Below, piece by piece: positions 25,488 through 34,277 of a DNA stretch of 37,172 nucleotides (within the stretch, counting starts at the first letter, position 1; each line of letters begins with the position of its first letter). The notes below the pieces were generated by a model. The model saw nothing but the letters and a program-made list of their open reading frames with translations, searched no databases and had not been told where the DNA came from. Origin of the DNA: an uncultured Methanosarcinales archaeon (lineage in GTDB: Archaea > Nanobdellota > Nanobdellia > Woesearchaeales > CAYSVS01); NCBI GenBank assembly GCA_964589485.1, contig CAZPRK010000009.1, positions 1 to 37,172 on the forward strand, given 5' to 3'. The position numbers were made by a program, and so were the translations under genes.

Positions 25488-26872
25488 CTCATTAACTTCT
25501 TAGAAAAAGGGTTTAATTTTCTTGAAAAAATGGATGAGATTGCTTTTTTATTAATTCTAGAAGCAGTAGGGTATGGATAAACTTTTTTAAATAATTCTGT
25601 AATGCTAAGTTTAGCGCTATTTGCTAAAATTAATTCTTGAATTAATTCCCCTGCGTTAGGTGCAACCATTGTTCCACCTAATATTTTATTATTTGAAATA
25701 TATAGTTTTACTTTTCCATTGGTAAAATTATCTACAATTGCTCTATCGTCATGTTCAAAATTAGTATTTATAACTTCAAATTCAATATTTCTTTTTTTTA
25801 ATTCATCTGTTTTTAAGCCAAAGGTTGCAATTTCTGGATATGTGTATGTAACCCAAGCAATATTATCATAATTAATTTTTTTCTTTAACGGTGAAAAAAA
25901 GTTATTAATTAAAACTCCTGCATGCATTTCAGCAGCATGTGTAAATTGATACGATCCCACAATATCTCCACATAAATATATGTTGCTATTAGTAGTTTGT
26001 AAATATTCATTCACTTCAATTTTTCTTTCAGAATGTTTAATGCCGGCTTTATTTAAATCAAGGCCTTCTAAATTAAGTTGCCTTCCTATCCCAACAAAAA
26101 CTGAATCACACTTAACTATTTCTTCTTTTCCATCTTTATTTCTAATTAATACTTCATTTTTTGATATGGCTTTTATTGGAACTGAATTAAATTTAAACTT
26201 TATTCCTTCTTTTTTTAATTGCTGAAGTAAAACATCTGCAATTTCTTTATCTTCTTTTTGTAGAAATTGATTAATGTTTTGCACAATAGTTACTTCACTT
26301 CCTAATCTGTTTAAAGCTTGACCTAATTCTATTCCTATTGGCCCACCACCAATGAATAAGAATTTTTTAGGTAGATGGTTTAAATTAAATATACTTTCAT
26401 TATTATATAATTCTAATTTTTCAACTCCTGGGATGTCTAATTTTCTTGCCATTGAACCTGTAGCAATTACTATTTTCTTTGCTGAAAACTTTTTTCCTTC
26501 AACTTCAATTGAATCTTTAGAAATGAATTTAGCAAAACCTAACACTACATCCATGCCTTGTTTTCTAAAATAATCTGCGTTTTCATGTGTACGTATAAAT
26601 TCTTTTTTAGAAGTAATGTACTCTACCACTCTTTTAATATCAATTTCTCCTGAAATTTTAAATCCAAATTTAGTTGACTCTTTCGCATTATAAATTAATC
26701 TTGAAATGTGTATTAATGCTTTACTAGGAACGCAACCATAATTTAAACAGTCTCCTCCAATATCTCTGTCACTTTTATCAACTAATAACACATTAAATCC
26801 AGCTTTATTCATGAAACTAGCAATATTTAATCCACCTGATCCAGCACCTATAACAATAATGTCGTATTTCAT
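25475..26872 (-). CDS. Class I pyridine nucleotide-disulfide oxidoreductase (Lpd/MerA-like)
   Basis: GAGSGG, GGDCLNYGCVPSKAL, GGGPIGIE, GDIVG.YQFTH and YPYPT. Confidence 0.9.
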   Translation of the reverse strand: MKYDIIVIGAGSGGLNIASFMNKAGFNVLLVDKSDRDIGGDCLNYGCVPSKALIHISRLIYNAKESTKFGFKISGEIDIKRVVEYITSKKEFIRTHENADYFRKQGMDVVLGFAKFISKDSIEVEGKKFSAKKIVIATGSMARKLDIPGVEKLELYNNESIFNLNHLPKKFLFIGGGPIGIELGQALNRLGSEVTIVQNINQFLQKEDKEIADVLLQQLKKEGIKFKFNSVPIKAISKNEVLIRNKDGKEEIVKCDSVFVGIGRQLNLEGLDLNKAGIKHSERKIEVNEYLQTTNSNIYLCGDIVGSYQFTHAAEMHAGVLINNFFSPLKKKINYDNIAWVTYTYPEIATFGLKTDELKKRNIEFEVINTNFEHDDRAIVDNFTNGKVKLYISNNKILGGTMVAPNAGELIQELILANSAKLSITELFKKVYPYPTASRINKKAISSIFSRKLNPFSKKLMRWLY

Positions 26873-26934
26873 TTAGTTTAAATTTTATTTTAGTTTTAAT
26901 AAACTATGTCTTAATGTTCAAAATGTAGTTTGTT

Positions 26935-27846
26935 TTATTTAACTATTGCACTCATTTTTTTATCAAATACTTTTGAAGCTTTTTTCATATACTTTACTAT
27001 ATTTTTTTTAAAGTAAGGCGTATGTGCTTTTTGTATTTGGCCTACAATGTAATAACTAATAGCCATCATTGATGCATAATTTACATTTTTTGGTAAGGGG
27101 ATATGTAATTGTGGTTTTCCATAAATTGAATCCATTTTTTTACCAAATGAAACAAATAATTGGTTTTTTGAAGGAACTACAGTTGTTGCATGTTTAATAT
27201 ATTCAAAGGTTTCTATATCTCTAGAAAATTCTCTACCAAAAAGTTCAATAAACTTTACATTTAATAGCCTAATTACGCCAGTAAATTCTTCAGGAATTAA
27301 AAAATAATATTTTTTATACTTTTTAAAATTTTTAAATTTTGGCAAGTTATTTATGAATTCTAATATTTTTTTTGGGTTTTCTTTAGTCATTCCTATTATG
27401 GGTCCCATATATGTAGATGTATTGTATGTGTAAGGTTCTTTGTTTTTTGGGAAAGTATAAGTTTTATCTACAAATTTTTTAGCTTCAGCATTTACATTAT
27501 TTGTAATAAGAATTACTCTTTTACTTGATTTTTTTGCTTGTTTAGCAATTATTGGAGCGTGTTTTCCACCGGAAGCTGATATTAAAACAACTCCATCTAT
27601 TGATTTAATGCTTTTTAACTTATTTTCAAATGTAGACTCATCTGCAAAAATTGCATCTTTATTTTCAAATATAATTTTTCCCGTTGCTGCAGCATTTCCG
27701 CTCCCAACAACTAAAGGACGTTTGAAAGGTATATTTAATTTAGGTAGTTTAGTTTGAGAAAATAATTCTAATGCCGCCAATACACATACATCTAAATTAG
27801 GAATATTTTTTGTAGTAAATGTTTTCATAATTTCCATGTTTTTCAT
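26935..27846 (-). CDS. SIS-domain sugar-phosphate isomerase-like protein
   Basis: VVGSGNA, LISASGG and LITNN SIS-fold motifs. ATGA-coupled to rpe. Confidence 0.6.
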   Translation of the reverse strand: MKNMEIMKTFTTKNIPNLDVCVLAALELFSQTKLPKLNIPFKRPLVVGSGNAAATGKIIFENKDAIFADESTFENKLKSIKSIDGVVLISASGGKHAPIIAKQAKKSSKRVILITNNVNAEAKKFVDKTYTFPKNKEPYTYNTSTYMGPIIGMTKENPKKILEFINNLPKFKNFKKYKKYYFLIPEEFTGVIRLLNVKFIELFGREFSRDIETFEYIKHATTVVPSKNQLFVSFGKKMDSIYGKPQLHIPLPKNVNYASMMAISYYIVGQIQKAHTPYFKKNIVKYMKKASKVFDKKMSAIVK

Positions 27847-28442
27847 TTTAATAGCCTCTTTAACTTTTCATGATTTAATTTAGGAGATTTTAATAAATAA
27901 CTTCCACTTATGAATAAATTAGCATCTTTTGCTTGTATTATTGTTTTATCACTAATGCCTCCATCAACTTCTATAACCACTTTATATTTCTTAAGTTCTT
28001 GGATTTTTTTAGTTGTAAAAGGTAAAAATTTTGCACCATATTTACCTGGATATACTGTCATTATTAACACATTGTCTACATATTTTATTAATTTTTTAAT
28101 TTTATCTACTTTAGTTCTTGGGTTTATTGCAATTCCAACTTTTTTTTTAATTTTTCTAATTTCTTTAATTACTTCAATATGATTTTTAACAGCTTCATAA
28201 TGGAAATAAATAGTATTTACTTTCTTTCCATGTAACTTAATCCAATTAATAGGATCTTTTACCATCAAATGAGCTTCATATTTTTTTTTGGGTAAAATAA
28301 AATTGAAATTAAAACTTTTATTCTTTACAAATTTTCCATCCATAATATCTATTTGCATTAATGGCGCAAATGAAACTTTTTTAATTATTTTATCTAATTC
28401 TTTTTGGTTTCTTGCAATTATACTTGGAATTATTTTTTTCAT
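27843..28442 (-). CDS. rpe: Ribulose-phosphate 3-epimerase
   Basis: IIPSI, QIDIMDGKFV.N, EAHLMV..P, FHYEA, GIAINP.T, MTVYPG..G, EVDGGI and SGS. Confidence 0.95.
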   Translation of the reverse strand: MKKIIPSIIARNQKELDKIIKKVSFAPLMQIDIMDGKFVKNKSFNFNFILPKKKYEAHLMVKDPINWIKLHGKKVNTIYFHYEAVKNHIEVIKEIRKIKKKVGIAINPRTKVDKIKKLIKYVDNVLIMTVYPGKYGAKFLPFTTKKIQELKKYKVVIEVDGGISDKTIIQAKDANLFISGSYLLKSPKLNHEKLKRLLK

Positions 28443-28861
28443 TCTATTTTTTTTATTCTTCTTTTATGCCTTGCTATTTTGCTAAATTTAGTATTTAACC
28501 AAGTTTTAATTATTTGTTTTTCTTTTTCAAAACTAAAAAACCTAGACCTTAAACATAAAACATTTGCATCGTTGTCATACCTTGACATTTTCGCGCTATA
28601 ATTATCATATGCAACTACAGCTCTTATTCCTTTTACTTTATTTGCTACAATAACCATTCCTGTTCCAGTGCCACAAATAAGAATTCCTTTTGCTTTATTT
28701 TTTATGACTGCTTTTGCAACTTTTTTAGCATAGTCAGGATAATCTACACTTGTTTCAGAAAAAGTACCCATATCTTCGAAAGGAAGTTTTATTCTTTCTA
28801 AATATTTTTTGATTTTCTCTTTTTTTTTAAATCCAGCATGATCACTCCCTAGATATATCAT
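28439..28861 (-). CDS. rpiB: Ribose-5-phosphate isomerase B
   Basis: GSDHAG, SVDYPD, GILICGTGTGM..ANKVKGIRA, NDANVLCL and RHKRRI. Confidence 0.96.
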   Translation of the reverse strand: MIYLGSDHAGFKKKEKIKKYLERIKLPFEDMGTFSETSVDYPDYAKKVAKAVIKNKAKGILICGTGTGMVIVANKVKGIRAVVAYDNYSAKMSRYDNDANVLCLRSRFFSFEKEKQIIKTWLNTKFSKIARHKRRIKKIE

Positions 28862-28893
28862 ATGTTAAAAAACTGATTTTAGAATTTATAAAC

Positions 28894-29475
28894 TTATTGC
28901 TTTTTTAACTTAGTTTCTTTAATATAAGTAACATCGATAATTTTTACTGGTGCAATTTTTTTAACTTCATCTTTAAGTGATCTTTGAAATCTGTTTGTTA
29001 ACATTTCACTTAAAAATCTTTCAAATTCATTTTTACTTGCAAATTCTTTAAAATGATCATTAATTTGAGTTCTGATTGCAGAAGAAATTGCTCTACTTAC
29101 CCTAAATTGTGTGATTATAATAAGTTTAATTCTAAATAATACTCCATCTTTTGATTTAAGAATAACAGAATCTGCAATTTTATTTTTTCTTCTTCTTACT
29201 AATCTTCTAATTGCAGCTGGCATTAATTTATATCCTATCATTTTAGTGAAAGCTTTATTTTCTTTAACTTCACTAACTTCAAAAGAAGCATTTATGTTTT
29301 GTTTTTTAATATCTCTAGTTAAAGTCATTAAATTAACAGCAATATGTCTACTAAGTAAATTTGTTGCAGTTGATACATAAGATTCTCCAATATTTTGGTT
29401 TTGATAAGTCTTAGGAGCTAATATTTGTACCCAAGATTTTTTTTTTACCTTAGTAGATTCTTTCTTTTTAACCAT
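28894..29475 (-). CDS. rps3ae: 30S ribosomal protein S3Ae (eS1)
   Basis: KKKSWVQILAP..IGE, NLMTLTRD, IRRLVRR..KI.D and KSKDG. TATA box at 29499-29506. Confidence 0.88.
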   Translation of the reverse strand: MVKKKESTKVKKKSWVQILAPKTYQNQNIGESYVSTATNLLSRHIAVNLMTLTRDIKKQNINASFEVSEVKENKAFTKMIGYKLMPAAIRRLVRRRKNKIADSVILKSKDGVLFRIKLIIITQFRVSRAISSAIRTQINDHFKEFASKNEFERFLSEMLTNRFQRSLKDEVKKIAPVKIIDVTYIKETKLKKQ

Positions 29476-29521
29476 TGAATGAAAGAAAAATCATTGTATT
29501 TATAAAGGTTACTGTAAGGGA

Positions 29522-29806
29522 TTACTCTAACTCTTCCATTATTAGTTCTTTAATTTCTTCCTTAGAATTTAATTTTACAAACCTTCCCTTTGGGTAAGCA
29601 ACAGCTACAGCAGAATCAGGGTTACAAAAACCTAAACATTGAGCTTTAGTGCAATAAACTTGCCCTACCAAGCCATTGTGAAGAATCCATTGTTTTATCT
29701 CTTTAATATCTTCAGGTTTAATATGTTTATTACAACATGATCCTTCTCTTTCATTAATGCATACAAATACGTGTACTTTTGGTCTTGGGAAATTGATATC
29801 TTGCAT
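29522..29806 (-). CDS. Thioredoxin-like [2Fe-2S] ferredoxin
   Basis: HVFVCINER..CC ... CLGFC ... VAYP.G pattern. Confidence 0.82.
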   Translation of the reverse strand: MQDINFPRPKVHVFVCINEREGSCCNKHIKPEDIKEIKQWILHNGLVGQVYCTKAQCLGFCNPDSAVAVAYPKGRFVKLNSKEEIKELIMEELE

Positions 29807-29894
29807 TTTTTGGTATTAAGGATGTTTATTTATATAGTTATGTTTAAATATTAGTAATAACTTAATTTATTAAATGAGTTTCAAAAATGATATT

Positions 29895-30029
29895 ATGCAT
29901 GATAAGAATAGACTTTTTTTTGCTTTAGCTTTATTGGTTTTCTTACTTTTTTTTGGTGGGATAGTTATGAAAGTTGCATTGTTTTTATTAATTTTATATA
30001 TTTTCTATCTTATTTTTTATAGGAGTTAA
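29895..30029 (+). CDS. Small hydrophobic membrane protein (44 aa), not in the ORF track
   Basis: MHDKNRLFFALALLVFLLFFGGIVMKVALFLLILYIFYLIFYRS*. The stop lies 1 nt before the argS ATG, and TTTATTAA sits about 22 nt upstream of the start. Alternative ATG at 29874. Confidence 0.55.
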   Translation: MHDKNRLFFALALLVFLLFFGGIVMKVALFLLILYIFYLIFYRS

Positions 30030-30030
30030 A

Positions 30031-31686
30031 ATGGATTTCAAAAAAGAAATAATAAAAGAATTGAAAAAATTAGTAAAAGTTGATATTTCTTTAACTATTC
30101 CCAAAAATGTAGAACATGGAGATTTCGCTTTTCCTTGCTTTAATATTGGAAAAAATCCTGTAGAAGAAGCTAAAAAGTTAGAAAAAAAATTTAAAAATAA
30201 ATATATAACAAGAGTGCAAGCAGTAGGGCCTTTTTTGAATTTTTTTGTGAATAACAATATAATTGTAGAAAATACACTTAAGGAAATAAATAAAAAACAA
30301 GAATTATATGGAATACAAAAGTTAAGTAATGAAAAAATTGTCATAGAATTTCCTTCTCCGAATACAAATAAACCTTTACACCTTGGTCATGTTAGAAATA
30401 TGGTTCTAGGGACAGGTGTTAGTAATTTATTAAAAGCAATTGGAAATAAAATTTATCATGTGAATTTAGTAAATGATAAAGGTGTACATATTTGTAAGTC
30501 AATGTTAGCATATCAAAAATATGGAAAAAATAAAAAACCAGACATAAAAACTGATCATTTTGTTGGTCAATATTATGTTAAATTTGATGAAGAAGTAAAA
30601 AAAAATGCACAATTAGAAACTGAAGCTCAAGATATGTTAAATGCTTGGGAACAGGGAGATAAGGAAGTTATTAAGTTATGGAAAAAAATGCGAAATTGGG
30701 CTTTAAAGGGAATGGATGAAACATATGCAAAATTTAATCTTGATTTTAATAAAGTTTATTTTGAGTCTGAGATTTATTATGAAGGAAGAGAAGTTGTAAA
30801 AAAAGCGTTAAAAAAAGGATTGTTATATGAAAAAGAAGGAGCAGTATTTGCACCATTAACAGATCTACAAGATAAAGTTTTATTGAGAAGTGATGGAACT
30901 ACTGTATATATGACTCAAGATTTATATTTAGCAGAACAAAAAATTAAAGACTTTAAAGCTAGTTCTTCAATCTATGTAGTTGCAAGTGAACAAAATTTTC
31001 ATTTTAAACAATTGTTTAGTATATTAGAATTACTTGGTAACAGTTGGGCAAAGAAATGTTATCATTTGAGTTATGGCATGGTTTTACTTCCTGACGGAAA
31101 AATGAAAAGTAGAGAAGGAACTGTTGTAGATGCTGACAATTTAATCGATGAAGTTATTACTTTAGCTAAAGATGAAATAAAAAAGAGACATCATTTAGGT
31201 AAAAAAATTTTAGATGAAAGATCAATGAAGGTAGCAATGGGTGCAATTAGGTTTTATTTATTAAAAAATGATCCAATAAAAGATATGGTTTATAATCCCA
31301 AAGAAAGTATTAGTTTTGAAGGAGAAACAGGTCCTTATGTTCAATATACACATGCTAGATGTTGTAGCATTATTGATAAAAAAGGAACATTAAAATCAAA
31401 TATTGATTTTAGTTTATTAAAAAGTCAAAATGAAATTAATTTGGTTAAATTATTGAAAATATTTCCTGAAAAAGTAAAGGAAGCAGCTATGAATCATAAA
31501 CCTAGTACTTTATGTCATTATTTATTAGCTTTATGTCAAAGTTTTAATACCTTTTATCATAATAGTAAAGTTATTTCTGAAGATGAAAAATTAACTGATG
31601 CTAGAATTCTTTTAGTAGATTCTGTAAGACAAGTTATAGATAATGGTTTATTGTTATTAGGAATAGAAAGTCCTAGGCAAATGTGA
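30031..31686 (+). CDS. argS: Arginyl-tRNA synthetase
   Basis: HGDFAFPCF, SPNTNKPLHLGHVRN (HIGH), RSDGTTVY, KMKSREG, FEGETGPYVQYTHAR, FNTFY and C-terminal RQM. Confidence 0.97.
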   Translation: MDFKKEIIKELKKLVKVDISLTIPKNVEHGDFAFPCFNIGKNPVEEAKKLEKKFKNKYITRVQAVGPFLNFFVNNNIIVENTLKEINKKQELYGIQKLSNEKIVIEFPSPNTNKPLHLGHVRNMVLGTGVSNLLKAIGNKIYHVNLVNDKGVHICKSMLAYQKYGKNKKPDIKTDHFVGQYYVKFDEEVKKNAQLETEAQDMLNAWEQGDKEVIKLWKKMRNWALKGMDETYAKFNLDFNKVYFESEIYYEGREVVKKALKKGLLYEKEGAVFAPLTDLQDKVLLRSDGTTVYMTQDLYLAEQKIKDFKASSSIYVVASEQNFHFKQLFSILELLGNSWAKKCYHLSYGMVLLPDGKMKSREGTVVDADNLIDEVITLAKDEIKKRHHLGKKILDERSMKVAMGAIRFYLLKNDPIKDMVYNPKESISFEGETGPYVQYTHARCCSIIDKKGTLKSNIDFSLLKSQNEINLVKLLKIFPEKVKEAAMNHKPSTLCHYLLALCQSFNTFYHNSKVISEDEKLTDARILLVDSVRQVIDNGLLLLGIESPRQM

Positions 31687-31769
31687 CAAAATTGTCTCAC
31701 TTTTGGTCTTTGTATTTGCTAAACTTTTATAAACAAAAATAATCTATTTTGTCCTTAGTTAGTAGTTGT

Positions 31770-31789
31770 TACATAATTGACATTATGTA
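31770..31789. promoter_or_regulatory. Perfect 8-4-8 palindrome, candidate operator
   Basis: TACATAAT-TGAC-ATTATGTA in the argS/31897 intergenic region. Confidence 0.5.
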
Positions 31790-31794
31790 CCATG

Positions 31795-31843
31795 GACAAA
31801 AAAATCACAAACTCTTGTTGTTGACTTTGATTTTTTTTATTAA
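31795..31843 (+). promoter_or_regulatory. 49-bp promoter motif, copy 1
   Basis: GACAAAAAAATCACA-N14-ACTTTGATTTTTTTTATTAA, ending in a TATA box. 38/49 ungapped identity with 34207-34255. Confidence 0.65.
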
Positions 31844-31896
31844 TCTTAAACACCTTGAAGGTATTATAGCAAATTAATATCACAAGGTGATTAAAA

Positions 31897-32622
31897 ATGG
31901 AAGATTTAGAAAAAAAAATTAAAGAAGAAAAGGAAATGTATGTTCGTTTTAGGGATGATATTCAAGAAGAAATCAAAGGACATAGGCTTTCGGAATATAA
32001 ATTTGGTGATCAAGATATAAATATTAGTGATACGGTTAACGAAATATTTGAAAAAACAATGTCTTTTGCAGTTACTGAACATATTAAATTACAACAAAAA
32101 ATAAAAAAGTCGAATGTAAGTTTTGAAGATGTAAGAGGAGAAGATGCAGTTGTAAAATATTTTGCAGATTTGCATCAATCTTTCGGAAATAATTTTTACA
32201 CAGAAGCATTAAAACAAGATTCAGATTCAGCTAAGGAACAAATTATTAAGGAAATAGGAGCTATATTTCCAAGGTATACAAAAGATCCTGCACAAAAGTT
32301 TGAAGCTTTAATGCAATATGGAGATGTAGATGCTTTAGAAACTATAAAAAAAGCAGTTATTAATCAAAGTGTTGAACAAATCGAAACAGGAGTTCAAATG
32401 AAGTTAAGTAAATTAAATGGAACTGATAAAATTGCATTTGCATCGGTAGTTGCTGGATATAAAAATTCTGATCTCGGTATTAAAGCAGATCCAATTAATT
32501 ATGTGGGTAACTTATCAGGAGCAGTAATGGGTGCTATAGAAATGAAAGTTAACAATTATTTAAGTTCTCCTGTACAGGAAAGATCAATGGATAATTACAA
32601 TGGACGGACTTTACAACCATAA
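31897..32622 (+). CDS. Hypothetical helical protein
   Basis: 241-aa ORF with AGGTGA SD. First gene of an overlapping three-gene operon. Confidence 0.75.
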   Translation: MEDLEKKIKEEKEMYVRFRDDIQEEIKGHRLSEYKFGDQDINISDTVNEIFEKTMSFAVTEHIKLQQKIKKSNVSFEDVRGEDAVVKYFADLHQSFGNNFYTEALKQDSDSAKEQIIKEIGAIFPRYTKDPAQKFEALMQYGDVDALETIKKAVINQSVEQIETGVQMKLSKLNGTDKIAFASVVAGYKNSDLGIKADPINYVGNLSGAVMGAIEMKVNNYLSSPVQERSMDNYNGRTLQP

Positions 32623-33445
32623 AAATATAAAACAGGCTACTGAAATTAGGCCAATGACTGCAATGCCATCCCCAAATTTAACAGATGGGTCAGAAGTAGT
32701 TAGTATTGTAAAGTATGAACCTATAAAAAATTTAATTGACGGATACATTGGAGAAATTGGTAAAAGTCAGTTAAAACAAAATTATGATAGTGTCATTAAT
32801 AATGTATATGAAAGTTTGGATAAAGTAGTATCGCAACCAAAGGAAAAAATTGGTTTTGATTCTGCATTAAAGTTATTTGAAAAATCATATTTATCAAATG
32901 CATTACAAAAAGCTTCAAATGAAGTGTTAGATGGAGTTGTAAATAAAGCTGCAGAATATATTGGAATCGATAGATCAACTCTATCTAGGAAAATATCTGA
33001 TTATAATATATCAGATGAAATTGTTAATAAAACTGATTCAAGTAAAACGATTCAAGGGGCATTAGAAAATGCAATTTTTAGTAGTAAAGATGTGTTACCT
33101 GAATCAATGTATAATGGACTAAAAGATTCTATAGAAGAAATTGCTAGAAAATCCTCATATGAGTTAAACCCTTTAGATGTAGCTTCTACAACTGAAGAAG
33201 TTATTAATGCTATAGCAAATGAATTAAGTACGCTTACACATAAAGAAGCAATGGATGAATTTAAGGCACTTTATACAGGGTTTGCGTTACAAAGATTTTA
33301 TGGTGATAAAAATAAAGTTGCAGAAGATTTAGGTATAAGTCCAAAAACAGTTGATAGAAGAATTAAAAACCAAAATGTAAGTGACATAGTTAACAAAATT
33401 TTACATAGAAAAACAGATAGTAAATTAGAGGACTTAGCTGCATGA
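32600..33445 (+). CDS. Protein with two Fis/NtrC-C-terminal-type HTH domains
   Basis: FEKSYLSNAL...KAAEYIGIDRSTLSRKISDYNI and FKALYTGFAL...GDKNKVAEDLGISPKTVDRRIK. Confidence 0.75.
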   Translation: MDGLYNHKNIKQATEIRPMTAMPSPNLTDGSEVVSIVKYEPIKNLIDGYIGEIGKSQLKQNYDSVINNVYESLDKVVSQPKEKIGFDSALKLFEKSYLSNALQKASNEVLDGVVNKAAEYIGIDRSTLSRKISDYNISDEIVNKTDSSKTIQGALENAIFSSKDVLPESMYNGLKDSIEEIARKSSYELNPLDVASTTEEVINAIANELSTLTHKEAMDEFKALYTGFALQRFYGDKNKVAEDLGISPKTVDRRIKNQNVSDIVNKILHRKTDSKLEDLAA

Positions 33446-34215
33446 ATTATCAAACTTTAGATACTGTTATATATTCAGCAAAAGTTAGTTATAGTGTACA
33501 ATGTGGAACTGATGGAACTGTAGAGTATTCTCATTCATCACCTTTGGAAAATTTAACTCAAGTAAAACTAACAGAAGAATTTAGTTTAACTAATAAATTA
33601 TATTCTACTGATGAGAATTTAAGTGATTATAAAATTAATAAGCAAGATTCTAAATATTATTTTAATCCAAATCCTTTCTTAAATCCAAATAGAGAAAGAC
33701 AAAGGTTTATTGGAAAAGCTGAAGATATAAGAGGATTTATAGAGGAAGCTTTTGAAAAAACTACAGGGAATTCTATACCCACAGATATAGATCTTGTTAT
33801 ATGTTCTGAAGATGATTTTAAGAAAAATTTAAAGATAGATAATAAAGGTATACGTGGAGTTACTTTTAATAGGAGACATCATGGATTAATAACTCAAATA
33901 TTTGTTAAGGAAGATGAATTAGATAGAGTGATGTTAACTGTTGGCCATGAATTAGGACATGCTGTAACGATGCCATTAATGAGTGACTTAGATGAAGAAG
34001 CAAAGGCATTTGCTTTCCAAATCGCATTTATGAGAACGTTGCATAAAAATAATATTGCTAACCTTGCAAGTAGTATAAATTTGGATTTTAATCCCGCAAC
34101 TAACGGTGTGCATGATATTGCTTTTAATCATGTTGCTGAATTGGTCGCGAAAGGAAATAATCCCTTAGAATTGTTTAAAAGTATTGCGCAGAAAGAATTT
34201 AGAGTTGACAAATAA
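33442..34215 (+). CDS. Putative HExxH zinc metallopeptidase
   Basis: LTVGHELGHA...DEEAKAFAF. ATGA overlap with the HTH gene. Confidence 0.65.
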   Translation: MNYQTLDTVIYSAKVSYSVQCGTDGTVEYSHSSPLENLTQVKLTEEFSLTNKLYSTDENLSDYKINKQDSKYYFNPNPFLNPNRERQRFIGKAEDIRGFIEEAFEKTTGNSIPTDIDLVICSEDDFKKNLKIDNKGIRGVTFNRRHHGLITQIFVKEDELDRVMLTVGHELGHAVTMPLMSDLDEEAKAFAFQIAFMRTLHKNNIANLASSINLDFNPATNGVHDIAFNHVAELVAKGNNPLELFKSIAQKEFRVDK

Positions 34216-34255
34216 ATCACATTTTGTTGTCTATAACTTTGACTTTTTTTATAAA
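34207..34255 (+). promoter_or_regulatory. 49-bp promoter motif, copy 2
   Basis: GACAAATAAATCACA-N14-ACTTTGACTTTTTTTATAAA. The TATA box ends 22 nt before ATG 34278. Confidence 0.65.
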
Positions 34256-34277
34256 GTTCTAGCACTTATTATAGTCT

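Noticed and set aside
25475..26872. Mercuric reductase (merA) or lpdA call
   Set aside because: No C-terminal Cys-Cys, no NmerA domain, no His-Glu dyad, and no mer or 2-oxoacid dehydrogenase neighbours.
31704..31720. Sigma54-like -24/-12 element upstream of the Fis-HTH operon
   Set aside because: GG-to-GC spacing is 11, not 10; the host is archaeal; no AAA+ activator domain is present.
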